Of a stretch of DNA of 64,000 nt, positions 12,465-25,053 are shown one piece after another (the stretch's first letter is position 1; each line of letters starts with the position of its first letter). The notes under the pieces are model-generated. The model was not told the origin of the DNA and did not search any database. It saw nothing but the letters and a program-made list of their open reading frames with translations. The stretch is from Octopus vulgaris (Eukaryota). A program made the translations under genes and the position numbers. The DNA lies in NCBI GenBank assembly GCA_951406725.2, contig OX597836.1:9858001-9922000 (forward strand). The letters run 5' to 3'.

Positions 12465-15400
12465 CTTCACATCCCCATAACTTAGTGGTTCAGCAAAACA
12501 AGACTGATGGAATAAGTAAAAGATTTTAAAAAGGAAAGTACTGGTGTCGATTAGTTTGACTATATGCATCAAGGTGGTGCCCCAGTATGGCCACAGTCCA
12601 GTCACTGAAACAAGTGAAAGGTATATCTGTATGTGTGTGTGTGTTCATCATCATTGAATGTCTATTGTAAGGCAGTGAGCTGGCAGAATCATTAGCACGC
12701 CAGGCAAAAAGCTTAGCAGCATTTCAACTGTCTTTACATTCTGAGTTCAAATTCTGCCGGGGTCCACTTTGCCTTTCATCCATTTGAGGTCAATAAAATA
12801 AGTACCAGTTGAACACTGGGGTAGATAATAACCGACTAAGACCCTTCCCCAAGCCTGCTGTCCTTGTGCCAAAAACTTGAAACCTTTTCATGCCCATTGT
12901 CCATGCTGGCATGGGTTGTAAGTATAAATCTGCAATGTTCACCAACACTGTACAATGAAAGACGGCTGTAATATTTCATACGACAGCCCTTTCTCCGTTT
13001 AGATTCAGACAGTTATTAGCTACCAACCAAACAACCAAACCACCACAAATAAGCTATAATAGTTTTTAGATATATGATTTTTTTTTCTGAGAAAAAATGT
13101 ATACATCATGATAGAGGGAAGCACAAAATTGTTCATAGAATTAATCGCAATTATTAAAACAAAAAAAAAAAAAAACAAAAAAAATATAATAGAATAAAAA
13201 AAAAATGAAATCAAGCATTATTTTCTTTGATAGTCAATAGTACATTAGCATAATAGCCATTGAATGGTACTCAAGTGTTAACAGGCTCACAACAATACTT
13301 ACGTACCTACGTAAACTACGCAAGAGAGACAGTCCACCCACATAATATTAGTTGACGACATACCTATATCTTATATCAGATGGCAACACACCTACATTAT
13401 AGACGTTAGATTTTGTGAATATTATAATGTTTCTGTTAATGTCATTGCAAAGATTTTCTTGTTTCTTTCTTTCTTTTTTTGTTCTTTTTTCATCTTCCGT
13501 TAATCGTGATGAAGTAATGTATGCAGGCTCAAATGTTAACAATTGCATCAACATTGTTTGATTCTAGTCTGGAAATTATTTTGGTAACCACTTGTTACCA
13601 TATATAATAAACGGCGGCTGATGTAATTGTGTCTTTCGTAATTGTGCCATGCTGGGGCGCCACTTCGAAGAATTTTTTTCAGTTGACTGAATTGACTCCA
13701 GTTACTTTTTAAAAAAATTTTTTTAAGACTGATACCTATTTTATCGGTCTCTTTTGCTGGACTGCTAAGTTACAGAGATGTAAACAAACCAATGCTGGTT
13801 GTCAAGTGGCAGTGGAGGAGGAAACAAACAAACACACACACACCATGGGATTCCTTCAATTTCCATCTACCAAATCCACTCACAAGGCTTTGGTCAAGCA
13901 GTGGCGAGACACACACTCAAACACACACATACACAATGGGCTTCTTTCAGTTTCCATCTACCAAATCTACTCACAAGACTTTGGTCAAGCAGTGACGGGA
14001 GATACATTCAAACACACACATACACAACGGGCTTCTTTCAGTTTCCATCTAGCAAATTCACTCAAGACTATAGATGACACCTGCCCAAGGTGGGATTGAA
14101 CCCAGAACCATGTAGTTGGGAAGCAAACTTCTTACCATAGAGCCATGCTTATTAGTTTCACTTTATTAATGCCATTATCATTGAGAATTTAACATTTCTG
14201 ACATTTTATCTTTTTTTTATAAAAGACAAATTAAAAACACCATTTTATTAACAACATTTTTACTGGAAGAAAAGAAAGGAAAAAAAATACCATCAAAACG
14301 ATGGTATTTTTATCAAATTATCAAAAAAAAAAAATCACTCTGTAACTAGCTCACCAAGGAAATAAAGAAAAAGAAAAAGAAGGGGGAGGAATTAATCAGC
14401 AGAAGATGGAAGGATGGAGTAATGGGCTGTGCACCTCAGACCAAAAGGCGTGTTCAGCCACGCCTTGCGGACATGATTGCAAACACATTGCCGTGGAAAA
14501 TAGCCAGCAGCACTTGGTGCAGCGGCTTCACCACCTTGCGAGGCTTGTTTCTGAAAGGGGCTGCAGTTTTTCTGAACCCCACCTGATACAGCCCTTGATC
14601 CTATCATACAAACTTCCAGTTCCGACTGTTTTCCGCATTCTGATTCTTCTGTCAAATGTAATACTCTCTTTTATCTCTTTTACTTGTTTCAGTCATTTGA
14701 TTGTGGCCATGCTGGAGCACCACATTGAAGGATTTTTTTTTTTTTTAGTCACACATATCGACCTCCAAGATTTATTTTTGCAAGCCTAGTACTTATTCTA
14801 TTGGTCTCTTTTGCTGAACTGCTAAGTTACGGGAACATAAACACACCAACACTGGTTGTCAAGTAGTGATGGGAGGACAAATACAGTTGCACACACACAC
14901 ACGATGGGCTTCTTTCAGTTTCTGTCTACTAAATCCATTCATAAGGCTTTGGTCAGCCCCAAGGATATAGTAGCGCCCAAGGTACCATGCAGTGGGACTG
15001 AACCCAGAACCATGTGGTTGGGAAGCAAAGCTTCTTACCACACAGCCATACCTGTGCGTATTTTATTCACATTGTTTTGAATCTTGTAGCTGTGAGATTT
15101 TGATGATGTAATTGTTTATTTTTAGAATGACATTGCAGGGAAGGTGTGAGAAGCTGGATTTGGTCAGTTTGAACATTAAAGAGTTAAAATATCTTGGCCA
15201 GATATAACTGGATTAAATGCTAAAGGGTAAAGGTGACCGAAAATCAAAACTTCCATTAATATTTGATGTTAATTTACGTTCAAATCAAACACTGGCCTTA
15301 ATAACCACACAAAGTTATTTAATTAAATTCTTAGTTATTTTCAAAATATATTGAAACGAAGATAATTTCTCTCAACAAAGGTGTGATAACAAAAGGGGTT

Positions 15401-16860
15401 TGATTTAACCCTTTCACTCCAAAAATAAATTTCAAGGTTATTCCAGTAATAATTTTGGATATTTACCAAAAATGCCACTAAGTATTTTGCCTGGCATGCT
15501 AATGGTTCTGCCAGCTTACTACCTTGGATATTTACCTTTTGACCAACAGATTTAAAAAATAATTTTTTGTAGCTAAACACTTTCAAACTTCGGACACTGG
15601 TAGAATGTGTCAGAATAATAATGGACTCACCCGTCAATGACGATGTATGAGCATTCAGCTTTTTGCCAAATGATCTGCACAAACGATCTGTTTATAGTGA
15701 TCAAATGTATGTGCCACACATTAGCCCACTCTCGTCATCAAATCGACGCTGCCTGAACAGGTGCACGGTGTGCCACACGTCAGAGCAACATAAAATGAAG
15801 TGTTTTGCTCAAGAACACAATGCACCACCCAGTCTAAAAATCGAAACCATGATCTCGCGATATAATAATAATTCTTTCGGATCTTTACATTTTGACCGGC
15901 AGATTTAAAAAATTAATTTTTTGTAACTAAACACTTTCAAACTTCAGACACTGGTAGAATGTGTTATATAAAACATCTTTTACTGTTAGCATTTTTGAGA
16001 AAAAGTAGTCCTATTTGGGTAATTTCAACCAATCAATGACATGGGAATTACAACCGTGTTTCGTGGTCTGCTATCACAACAGCTCCTTTATAGGATCCAG
16101 TTAGCTCAAGACATCATCAGGAGGAACCACGTCCAGTTTCGGTCCCTACATCTCTACCGTTTGGACGTGGCGGGCCCCTCCCTTTCGGAGGTGTCTTCAG
16201 CTCTGGTGTTGGGTGCATGTCTTCTTTCTTCGTCTTTCTTCTGTTCCCTGGCCTCTTCGATGTATCGTCAGCGAGTGTCAGCCGGTGACTGACTGACTTT
16301 GCCTTTGTTTGTCAACAACATCTATCGGTGGTGTATTTTTCATTTGTCACTGTTATTTATGATATCGTTTGTACTGGTTTTAGTTTTAAGGTTTTAGGGT
16401 TTGGATTAGGGGGTTAAGGTTAGGTGCTCTTATGTGGCACCAGCACAACTGCTTTTTACGCTGCACTGGCACAGTAAAAAGATTTTTGCCTCAATGTGTT
16501 TCATTTGATGGATGCGGACCTAGAAAAGTAAATGATATAACGATGATGATGATAACGATGATGAAAAATATATAGTTTTGTATTTAATTTTAAACATCTT
16601 GGTTCCAAGTATAAAATCTTGCAGACATTTCTTATATTTATATATTTATTATTTTGCTTTTTTGTCCATCAATAAAATACTGTTAATTTAATTGATTATA
16701 CCTAACCCTGCAAAAATTTGGCCTTCTGCCAACTCATATCAGTGGAAAAGTAGAAGAAAAACTAAATATATTCAGTGGAATAACTTTTGAAGAGTAAAAA
16801 TATTCCCAAGAGAAAAGATCAATAAAATATTCAAATGAAAGCATGAAAATAATAATGATG

Positions 16861-16891
<31 letters not shown>

Positions 16892-18239
16892 AATGGAATT
16901 TAAAATAATTGAATTGTAGCATAAATATATAGCTATGGAATCCTTTGATAATTGGAAAATAATTAGATATAGAAATTGTATAACTGTACAAGAAAAAAAA
17001 TAAATGAAAAGAAAGAAGAAAGACCAAATTATCATTCAGAAAAAAGGTAAAAAATAAAAAATAAAATTTGTCAGAATTGAAAGAATGCAGAAAATCTTAT
17101 AATACATCTAATTGGATTAATTTTACCTTCCTTTGATAAAGTTAACTAAACTAGAAAGTAATTAAGCTAGAGTAAATTATAAAATATGTTTGTAATGTGA
17201 GGAAGGGGAGATTCGAATCAACTTCTGATTGATTCAACCTTTAATCAAGGGCCGTTTTGCCTCAGTCAATCTGGATGTCAAGCTCCGTTCCTGCTTCACA
17301 GTTGGGTAGATAACGGCTCTAAAAGTGCAGCAACATGTAAAAATAATTGCTCTGGCAATATGCGAAAATCGAAATTTGTAGAATTCTTTTTGCAGATGCC
17401 ATCATGAGAAAATTGAGATGATTATTTGAATATATAGTATCTATTAATATTTTAATTTTGGATGTAGATTTAATTATAGCCATGTATATGTGTGTGTGTG
17501 TTAATGTATTTACATATGTACACATGCATGTATGCATGTTTGTGTGTGTATGAGTTTATATATATATATATATATATATATAATAAATTTACGGTAAATA
17601 TATTTCTTTACCTTCACCCGTTTAATACAATAAATGAGTTAATTGCATTGTAATTAAAAACATTTATGTATTATGAATTTGGGTACTGTACCAACAGTAT
17701 ATTGGATAAATGATATCCCATAGTGGGTTACACCCATAACTCCTATCTTACTTTGTACTATATATATATATATATATATATACATGATGCACACACTATA
17801 TATGCATATGTGTGCATATATGCCGGTGGCACTTAAAAAGCACCAACTGATCGTGGTCGTTGCCAGCCTCCCCTGGCACCTTTGCCGGTGGCACATAAAA
17901 AGCACCCACTACACTCATGGAGCAGTTGGCGTTAGGAAGAGCATCTAGCTGTAGAAACACTGCCAGATCAGACTGGAGCCTGGTGCAGCCTCCTGGCTTC
18001 CCAGACCCCGGTCGAACTGTCCAACCTATACCATCATGGAAAATGGACGTTAAATGATGATGATGATGATATGCATGGATATATACATATACACATGCAT
18101 ATACATACATACACACATGTACACAGACATACGTATATATACACACACATACAAACATATATACACATACATACAAACATACACACACATGTACATGTGT
18201 GTATATAAAGGTGTATGTGCATATATGTGTGAACATGTG

Positions 18240-18292
<53 letters not shown>

Positions 18293-18324
18293 GCACATGT
18301 TCTAGTACTAGAGGAAGACAAGTA

Positions 18325-19250
18325 CTTTGTCATTAGGGAGAACTGTATGGCAAGTGATGGAGGTACACTCGTCCTTTCAACTGATGGAAAGAAAGAGGCT
18401 TAGAAGTACTTTTATGAGAGGTTACTGAATGAGAACGCATGGGAGAAAGAGGCCCTACTTGAAGCTGACCCAACAGAGGGACTGGTTATTCAAGTTGACA
18501 GCAGTTTGGTAGACAGAAATATTTAAGATATAAAGGTAGGGAAAGCACCAGGCCCATCAGGAATAGTTTCTGAGATGCTTAACCCTTTAGCATTCAGTTT
18601 AGTCTGTGAAATGTAATGTTTATTTATTTGCAGTCGTCACATCTAATGATTGCTGTAGCAATATTATTAAGGTAAACTGTTACAAGGACAAAGAAGATGC
18701 ATGAGAGAGAGAGGTAATTACAGAGGTAGCAGATTGTTGGATCAGGCGATGAAGGTCGTGGAAAAAGTCATAACACAATTGATCCGCAACAGAATTAATT
18801 TGAATGAGATGCAGTTCAGCTTTATGCCTGGAAGATGAACCACAAATGCCATCATTGTAGTGAGGTGACTGCAGAAGTAATTAGCTTAAACACAAGCCAC
18901 TATAACAATCGTCAACTTGAAGAAGGCTTTGACAAAGTGCTACACCTTGTTATCAGGCTATAGTTACTAGGAGTAGATGAAGGACTTGGGAGAACTTTAC
19001 AGGTTAGGCTTAACAACGCAGTTAATAAAGTGAGTCAGTAATGAGCACAGTGGTGAATTTAGCATGAAGTTTAGGGGTTCACCAAGGCTCAGTCTTCAGT
19101 TCCCCCCTGTTCATTTAAGACGAGGTACCTGTAGGAACTCATATGTTGATAACTTCATCCTTATAGTTGAAACTGTAACTATCAGAAAGGAAATTCAAGA
19201 GATGGATGCAAAACCTGGAACTAAAAGGCCTCAAAGTTAAAGTAGTAAAA
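18325..19250 (+). mobile_element. Decayed RTE-clade LINE reverse transcriptase fragment
   Basis: Manual translation across stops and frameshifts gives GKAPGPSGIVSEML, RGNYRGSRLLDQAMKVVEKV...LNEMQFSFMPGR*TTNAII, GVHQGSVFSSPLFI and YVDNFILIVET (decayed YADD), i.e. non-LTR RT motifs in the expected order. Confidence 0.88.
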
Positions 19251-20658
19251 GTTTGTACTGATGACATGTAAAACACACCCAGTACACTCTGTAGAGTGGT
19301 TGGCTGGCATTAGGAAGGGCATCCAGCATAAAATACCGATCATATCAAGTGGCTAGCATGGGCCTCATAGGTAATAATTATTATTAAAATTATAATTTAG
19401 GGTATCTTTTAGATACCCTTAATTATAATTATATATATATATATATATTATATATATACACACACACACACAAAGATTCTTTCAGTTTCCTTCTACCAAA
19501 CCCACTCACAAGGCTTTGGTTGGCCCAAGGCTCCAGTGGAAGACACCCAAAATGCCATGCAGTGTAACTGAACACAGAACCATGCAGTTGGGAAGTGAGC
19601 TTCTTACCACTCAGCCACAAACTAATCAAATCAGCCTTTGTAAATTATGTTCTAATCCTACTTAAAGATATGCGCAAGCCTATTCATAACTAATCCTTAT
19701 CTTGCATTACGATTCCATTTGCTTATTATTCCCAGAGGATCCCTTGTTTCTTTGAAAGGATAAGGTGTCTAATTAATTCTTGGTTTCTGTTCTCAAAGGA
19801 GAACAGAACTACAATCAGTGGATTCAGAATGGCTTTTAGAGAATCTATCAAGGTTAAAGTAGAAGAACATTTACGATTTATCATCGGAATCGATGCCTTT
19901 AAGGCCACCATTGAGGCTAGTTTTAACCAAAACAGTAAGCTTGTGCCATACTTTTCTCAGTTACTAAATTCAACCAAATTACAAAGCAGAAAAAGAAACG
20001 TATACAGGAACCGACACTGTCAAAAACTGGTACCACCATTTTTTTTAACCCTTTGGAATTTAAAGTACCCAGATCAACATAAAATATTCTTCCTGTTTTA
20101 TGTTCAAATTGGCCAGAGCTGACTTCTCACACCTACCCTACAATGTCATGGGAAAAATAAATAATTGCATCACTGAAATTTTAAGGATACATGATAATGC
20201 GGGAGTAATCCACATTACATTTGACAGAATAATCTGGATTATTTACCCTGGTGACTGTTGAGAAACTTGTAGATAAGATCAATATAGAACACAAAAATAA
20301 ATTAGAAGTACACTCAACTGTATTGAGTGAAATATAGTTATGTACAGTTATATTTAACATATCTGTGTACATTTGGACATAGAAAGACAATATACTGCAT
20401 AAGCTGTCTAGAGCTTCGTAAATTTGCAGAATTAATCAAATTCAAGCTGCAGGTGCCATGTAAAAAGCACCCTGTACACTCTGTAAAGTGGTTGGCATTA
20501 GAAAGGGCACCCAATCATGGAGACCATAGACAGTAGAGCCTGCTCCAGTCCCCAGGCTTACCAGCTCCTGTCAAACTATCCAACCCATGCCAACATGGAA
20601 AACGGTTGTTAAAAAATGATGATCCTGATTATAGGTAATGTATTTCAACAGAAATATG

Positions 20659-21264
20659 TTCCTTCTCGAGCCATGCCTGGCTCATAAGGGCCGGTTTCCC
20701 CGGTTTCCTTGGCGTATCGGTTCCCCATTTGGACGGGATGCTGGTCCGTCGCAGGTGAGCTGCAAGATGCAGGAGGAAAGAGTGAGAAAAAGTTGTGGCG
20801 AAAGAGTCAACAGAAGTTCACCATTACCTCCTGCCGGAGCCACGTGGAGCTTAGGTGTTTTGCTCATAAACACACACATCGCCCGGTCTGAGATTTGAAC
20901 TTGCGATCCCTCGACTGCGAGTCCGCTGCTCTAACCACTAGGCCATGTGCCTTCACAATAAATGTTCCTTCTCAAGCCACGCCTGGCTCATAAGGCGCCG
21001 GTTTCCCGGTTTCCTTGGCGTATAGGTTTCCCACCTGGACAGGATGCTGGTCTGTCACAGGTGAGCTGCAAGATGCAGGAGGAAAGAGTGAGAGAAAGTT
21101 GTGGCGAAAGAGTCAACAGAAATTGGCCATTACCTTCTGCCGGAGCCACGTGGAGCTTAGGTGTTTTCGCTCATAAATACACACATTGCCCGGTCTGAGA
21201 TTTGAACCCGCGATCCCTCGACCGCGAATAATCTGCTCTAACCACTAGGCCATGTGCCTCCACC
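20659..21264 (-). mobile_element. Head-to-tail dimer of SINE family D
   Basis: Two reverse-complement copies of the 1467-1774 element, flanked by a single direct repeat ACAGAAATATG (20648-58 and 21265-75). Confidence 0.85.
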
Positions 21265-21519
21265 ACAGAAATATGGTAACAAAAGGGTTAATGGCTGTGA
21301 AAGAAAGATGAATGTTACGAGAATAATATATGGCTTCATTAAAATACCTTAACAGATTTCTGACATTGCTTAATGGAAATAACATCATGGGATACATAAT
21401 TCATTTTTGCTTACAACCAACAAATTTGAATATCTACCTCTCTGAATTCATAAATGGAAGATGATAATGTTCTACTGTGTTCAAAAGATTCTTCTCTCTT
21501 ACTCGGAAAATATTTTTAA

Positions 21520-21700
21520 TGAAGATATTTTCCATTCTCAGAATGGCTGAAGCATGGAATAAACAACCAGCTTCCAACTGTTAGCTCTCAGAATACTGCA
21601 CCCTTCAAAAATTCCATGCTTCCCGAAATTTACCAATGCTACTCCCCTGGAGTACCCATGCACCCTTTTCTCTTTGTGACTCTTTTACTAGTCCCTTTTC
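21520..21700 (+). mobile_element. CR1-like LINE 3' end fragment
   Basis: Translates as LRMAEAWNKQPAS then (frameshift) SSQNTAPFKNSMLPEIYQCY, similar to the CR1/L2 ORF2 C-terminus RVxxxWNxLP...FK; followed by a pyrimidine-rich UTR-like tract. Confidence 0.55.
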
Positions 21701-23275
21701 TGTCTTTTTGTGTTTTATCCTTATCTTTCTATACATGCACTTTTGCCTATCACTGCTATCTTTCTTGACTGGGTTCATTGTTGCTGCTTGTCCCTTTTTT
21801 TTTTTTACCCTTTACCCTTTTATGACATTGTTCGTGCATTTGTACTGGTTTTAGCTTTAAGGTTTTAGTGTTAGGGTTAAGGTTTTAGGGTTAGAGTTTA
21901 AGGATTAGAGTTATGGAAAAAAAGGAAAAATGAAGCACGGAACGATTGTGGTGGTGCCATGAAGTAAACATGCTTCAGATACACTCGGTTTTTCATACAA
22001 ACGTAACTAAGATTACATATGTCATAAATAACAGTAACAAATGAAATATACACCGCCGGAAGTTGTTGTTGACAAACAACAGCAGTCATTTTATTCAGCT
22101 GAATACACGTCATTGATTGGTTGAAATTACCGAAATACGACAACTTTAACACGAAATAACTTCATAAATATAAATTTTTCTCAACAACACCAAGAGTATA
22201 ATGTTTTATGTGACACATTCTACCAGTATACGAAGTTTGAAAGTGTTTAGCTACAAAAAATTATTTCCTAAATCTGTCGGTCAAAAGACAGCTGAGAATA
22301 GTGGAGAAAAGTTCTTGATGGTCTCTGCTCCACAGAGCTCAACGGGTTCAGGCAAGAAAGGAAAATTGGAAGGCAAAGTCGACTTCAGTGGGATCTGAAC
22401 TAAGAGAGTCGGAATGGATATTACAAAGTAGTCTATAAGTCTATTACAAGGTAGTCTATAAGTCTATCCAAAGTTCTGATGACTCTGCTAATTTGGTGCC
22501 TTTTCAAGAAATTATTTTGCACGTTAGTTTCTCTCTTACGATGCTTGATTCACAAACAGCAACCGTTTATCTAACATTTAGCAGCCAAAGCAACATTTAA
22601 TCAATTCGATTACTTTCATTTCTCATTAGTGAAATATTCTTAGTCTGAGAAGTCACTGAAACAATAAGCAATTAGTGCTGCTCTTAAAATTAATTATGTT
22701 AATTAGTAACTGTCGAAATGAATTTGATAAAAGAGTGTGTGAATAACAAATTACTCTCAAAGAATAGCAAAAAAAAAAACCCCAGAAATGTAAAATCTGG
22801 CACCGAAACTACCATAAATTGTCAATCCTTTCATTATCTTTAATTCCATTTAGTTGTATAAGTACTTCATACAATGTATTACTATCAAAGAGACATCTCC
22901 TAATGAGGTTTTGACACTTTCATTTCCTTTAAAACTTCATCAACAATGAATACTGATATTTCTAAGGGATAAAAAAACCCCTACAACACTGCTAACGCCA
23001 TCTCAGTCCTTAATCATCTCAAATCTTCCCACTTTTTAACAATGATATAATTGTCATTAGCCCTTGTGGAAACCACATACCTATTCTTCAAATAAACCAA
23101 AATCAGGGCCAGCACTAGGGTATTTAGCACCCCGCTGGGCAGCAATACAATAAACACCTGCTTTTGCCAGCCCAAAAATGTACACAGCCCTAGCTACCAG
23201 CCCTACAATGTTTGCACTCCTTCAGCCCTAACTTCACAATCTCCATTTTCTTCTTCCTTTATATATATATATATA

Positions 23276-23567
23276 TAGTCATAAAATACAGTGTACATTT
23301 AAACACATGAGGAATCCACTCGTGGGATTCAACACACTAGAAAGAACAGCTAGGTTCTATAACCACAAAATAAGGGATAAAATTCGACAGGAACGGAATG
23401 AAAATATAAGAACATTTTACCATCTAGTTTTTATTTTTTCATTTCGTTCCTATCGAATTTTATCCCTAATTTTTTTGTGGTTATAGAACCTAGCTGTTCT
23501 TTCTAGCATGTTGAATCCAACGTGTGGATTCCTTATGTGTTTAAATGTACACTATATCGTATGACTA
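23276..23567. repeat. Long fold-back inverted repeat (~135-bp arms) within a (TA)n tract
   Basis: gtgtacatttaaacacat...ctagaaagaacagctaggttctataaccacaaaa is mirrored by ttttgtggttatagaacctagctgttctttctag...atgtgtttaaatgtacac. Confidence 0.92.
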
Positions 23568-24149
23568 ATATATAGTCTTTTGGACTAAATTTTTATATGT
23601 TAGGCTACGGGAAATGAAAATTTCAATTAATTTCCATTTCCCTTTGATATGATTAAATATATATATATTCTTTAAATAAACTGAGATCAAGGCTGGCACC
23701 AGGGTATTTAGCACTCCTGTCCAGCAATACAATGTACACCCTCTCCACTCAGCCCTTCAATTCATCACCTGTAATAATGAATAAACAATACCAAAACAAT
23801 TTCAATTTCCTGTTTTGTTCTATACATAACATATATATATATATATATATAGGATGGGCTTCTTTCAGTTTCTGTCTCCCAGATCCACTCACACGGCTTT
23901 GATCAGCCTGAGGCTTTAGCAGAAGTCACTTGCCCAAAATACACACAGTGAGATTGGATTCCTGATCTCATGATTGCAAAGGAAACATCTAAAACAGCTC
24001 GAGGCTTTAATAGAAGTCACTTACTCAAAATAAATACAATGAGATTGGATTCTGATCTCGTGACTGCACAGCAAACTTCTGAAACATTTGACTTTTGTTT
24101 CCGACAGTGTATTTGTGGTGTAGTAATGCGGCAAAAGATGAAAAGATTG

Positions 24150-24620
24150 CAAACACTATCAAAGGAAATTCATCTACTTCTTCAATGAGCAGAGGAAGCC
24201 GTAAAGCAGATTGGACTATACACCAATGACGATAAGTCTGAGTTTATGGTTTTCAGTCAACCAAAAGAAGACATTAAATTATCAAAAGGTGAGAACTAGG
24301 AATGTGTAAATGGCTTCAAATATCTGAGATTGTGGCTGGAAAGCTCAAAGATGAACAGTGAAGTAAGAATTCAATTGCTATGATCAGTAATGAACAAGAT
24401 GTCTGCAATATGGAAGTGAAATCTAATTTAATAACTTGAAAATACAGAATCTTTGGAGTGACTTTAGAAATTATTGGTAAGTGGATCTAACTGCTGAACA
24501 CTGACAAAAGTAAAAGGAAAGAGTATAAATGGAACAAATACCAAGATGTTAAGGAGGGTGAAGAATGATTCTAGGAGCAAAATTTAACTGAAGAAAGTAT
24601 TATATTACATGGAAATATGA
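24150..24620 (+). mobile_element. Decayed RTE-like LINE fragment (RT C-terminal/thumb region)
   Basis: Translates as AEEAVKQIGLYTNDDKSEFM...ECVNGFKYLRLWLES...MNKMSAIWK*, then GSNC*TLTK...INGTNTKMLRRV, resembling the GLxINxxKT, FKYLGS and LLYGSExWTL motifs. Confidence 0.72.
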
Positions 24621-24680
24621 TATAAATGATAATGAATTTGTGTTGTAAGATTCTTAATGTGAAGCCGTGTGTTGAAACAA

Positions 24681-25053
24681 ATATTGTTGTATTTCGGGAT
24701 GGTCCTGTTTTTTTTTTCCTGTCAAATAAACAGACACATTATATATTCGTTCTTCACTCATTTATTACTGTTTTTATTTTAATTGGTGTCCATTTTCCAG
24801 AAACCTTTCATCACACATCTGTGATCTCTTTCTGTTCCCATGTGTGCTCCTAACAGAATGGACTATGTGGAGCAGGAGCACACATGAGGATGGAAAGTGT
24901 TACGGAAGAGGTCACAGATGTGTGACGAAAGATTTCCAGACAAGGGACATCAGTTACAATAAGAACAGCAATAAACAAGTTAATGAATAGATAGTACATG
25001 TGTTTATTTGACAAAAAAAGAAAAAAGAATGACCATCCCAAAATATAACAATA
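24681..25053. repeat. Diverged fold-back inverted repeat (~170-bp arms, 22-nt loop)
   Basis: gggatggtc/gaccatccc, tgtcaaataaaca/tgtttatttgaca, tcacacatctgtga/tcacagatgtgtga and catgtgtgctcct/aggagcacacatg occur in nested order. Confidence 0.88.

Noticed and set aside
13348-13554. 68-aa minus-strand ORF with a GTATGT donor
   Set aside because: The best acceptor (ttccag) gives stops in all three frames, the Lys-rich part is an A-rich low-complexity tract, and the donor phase does not fit the 10838 exon.
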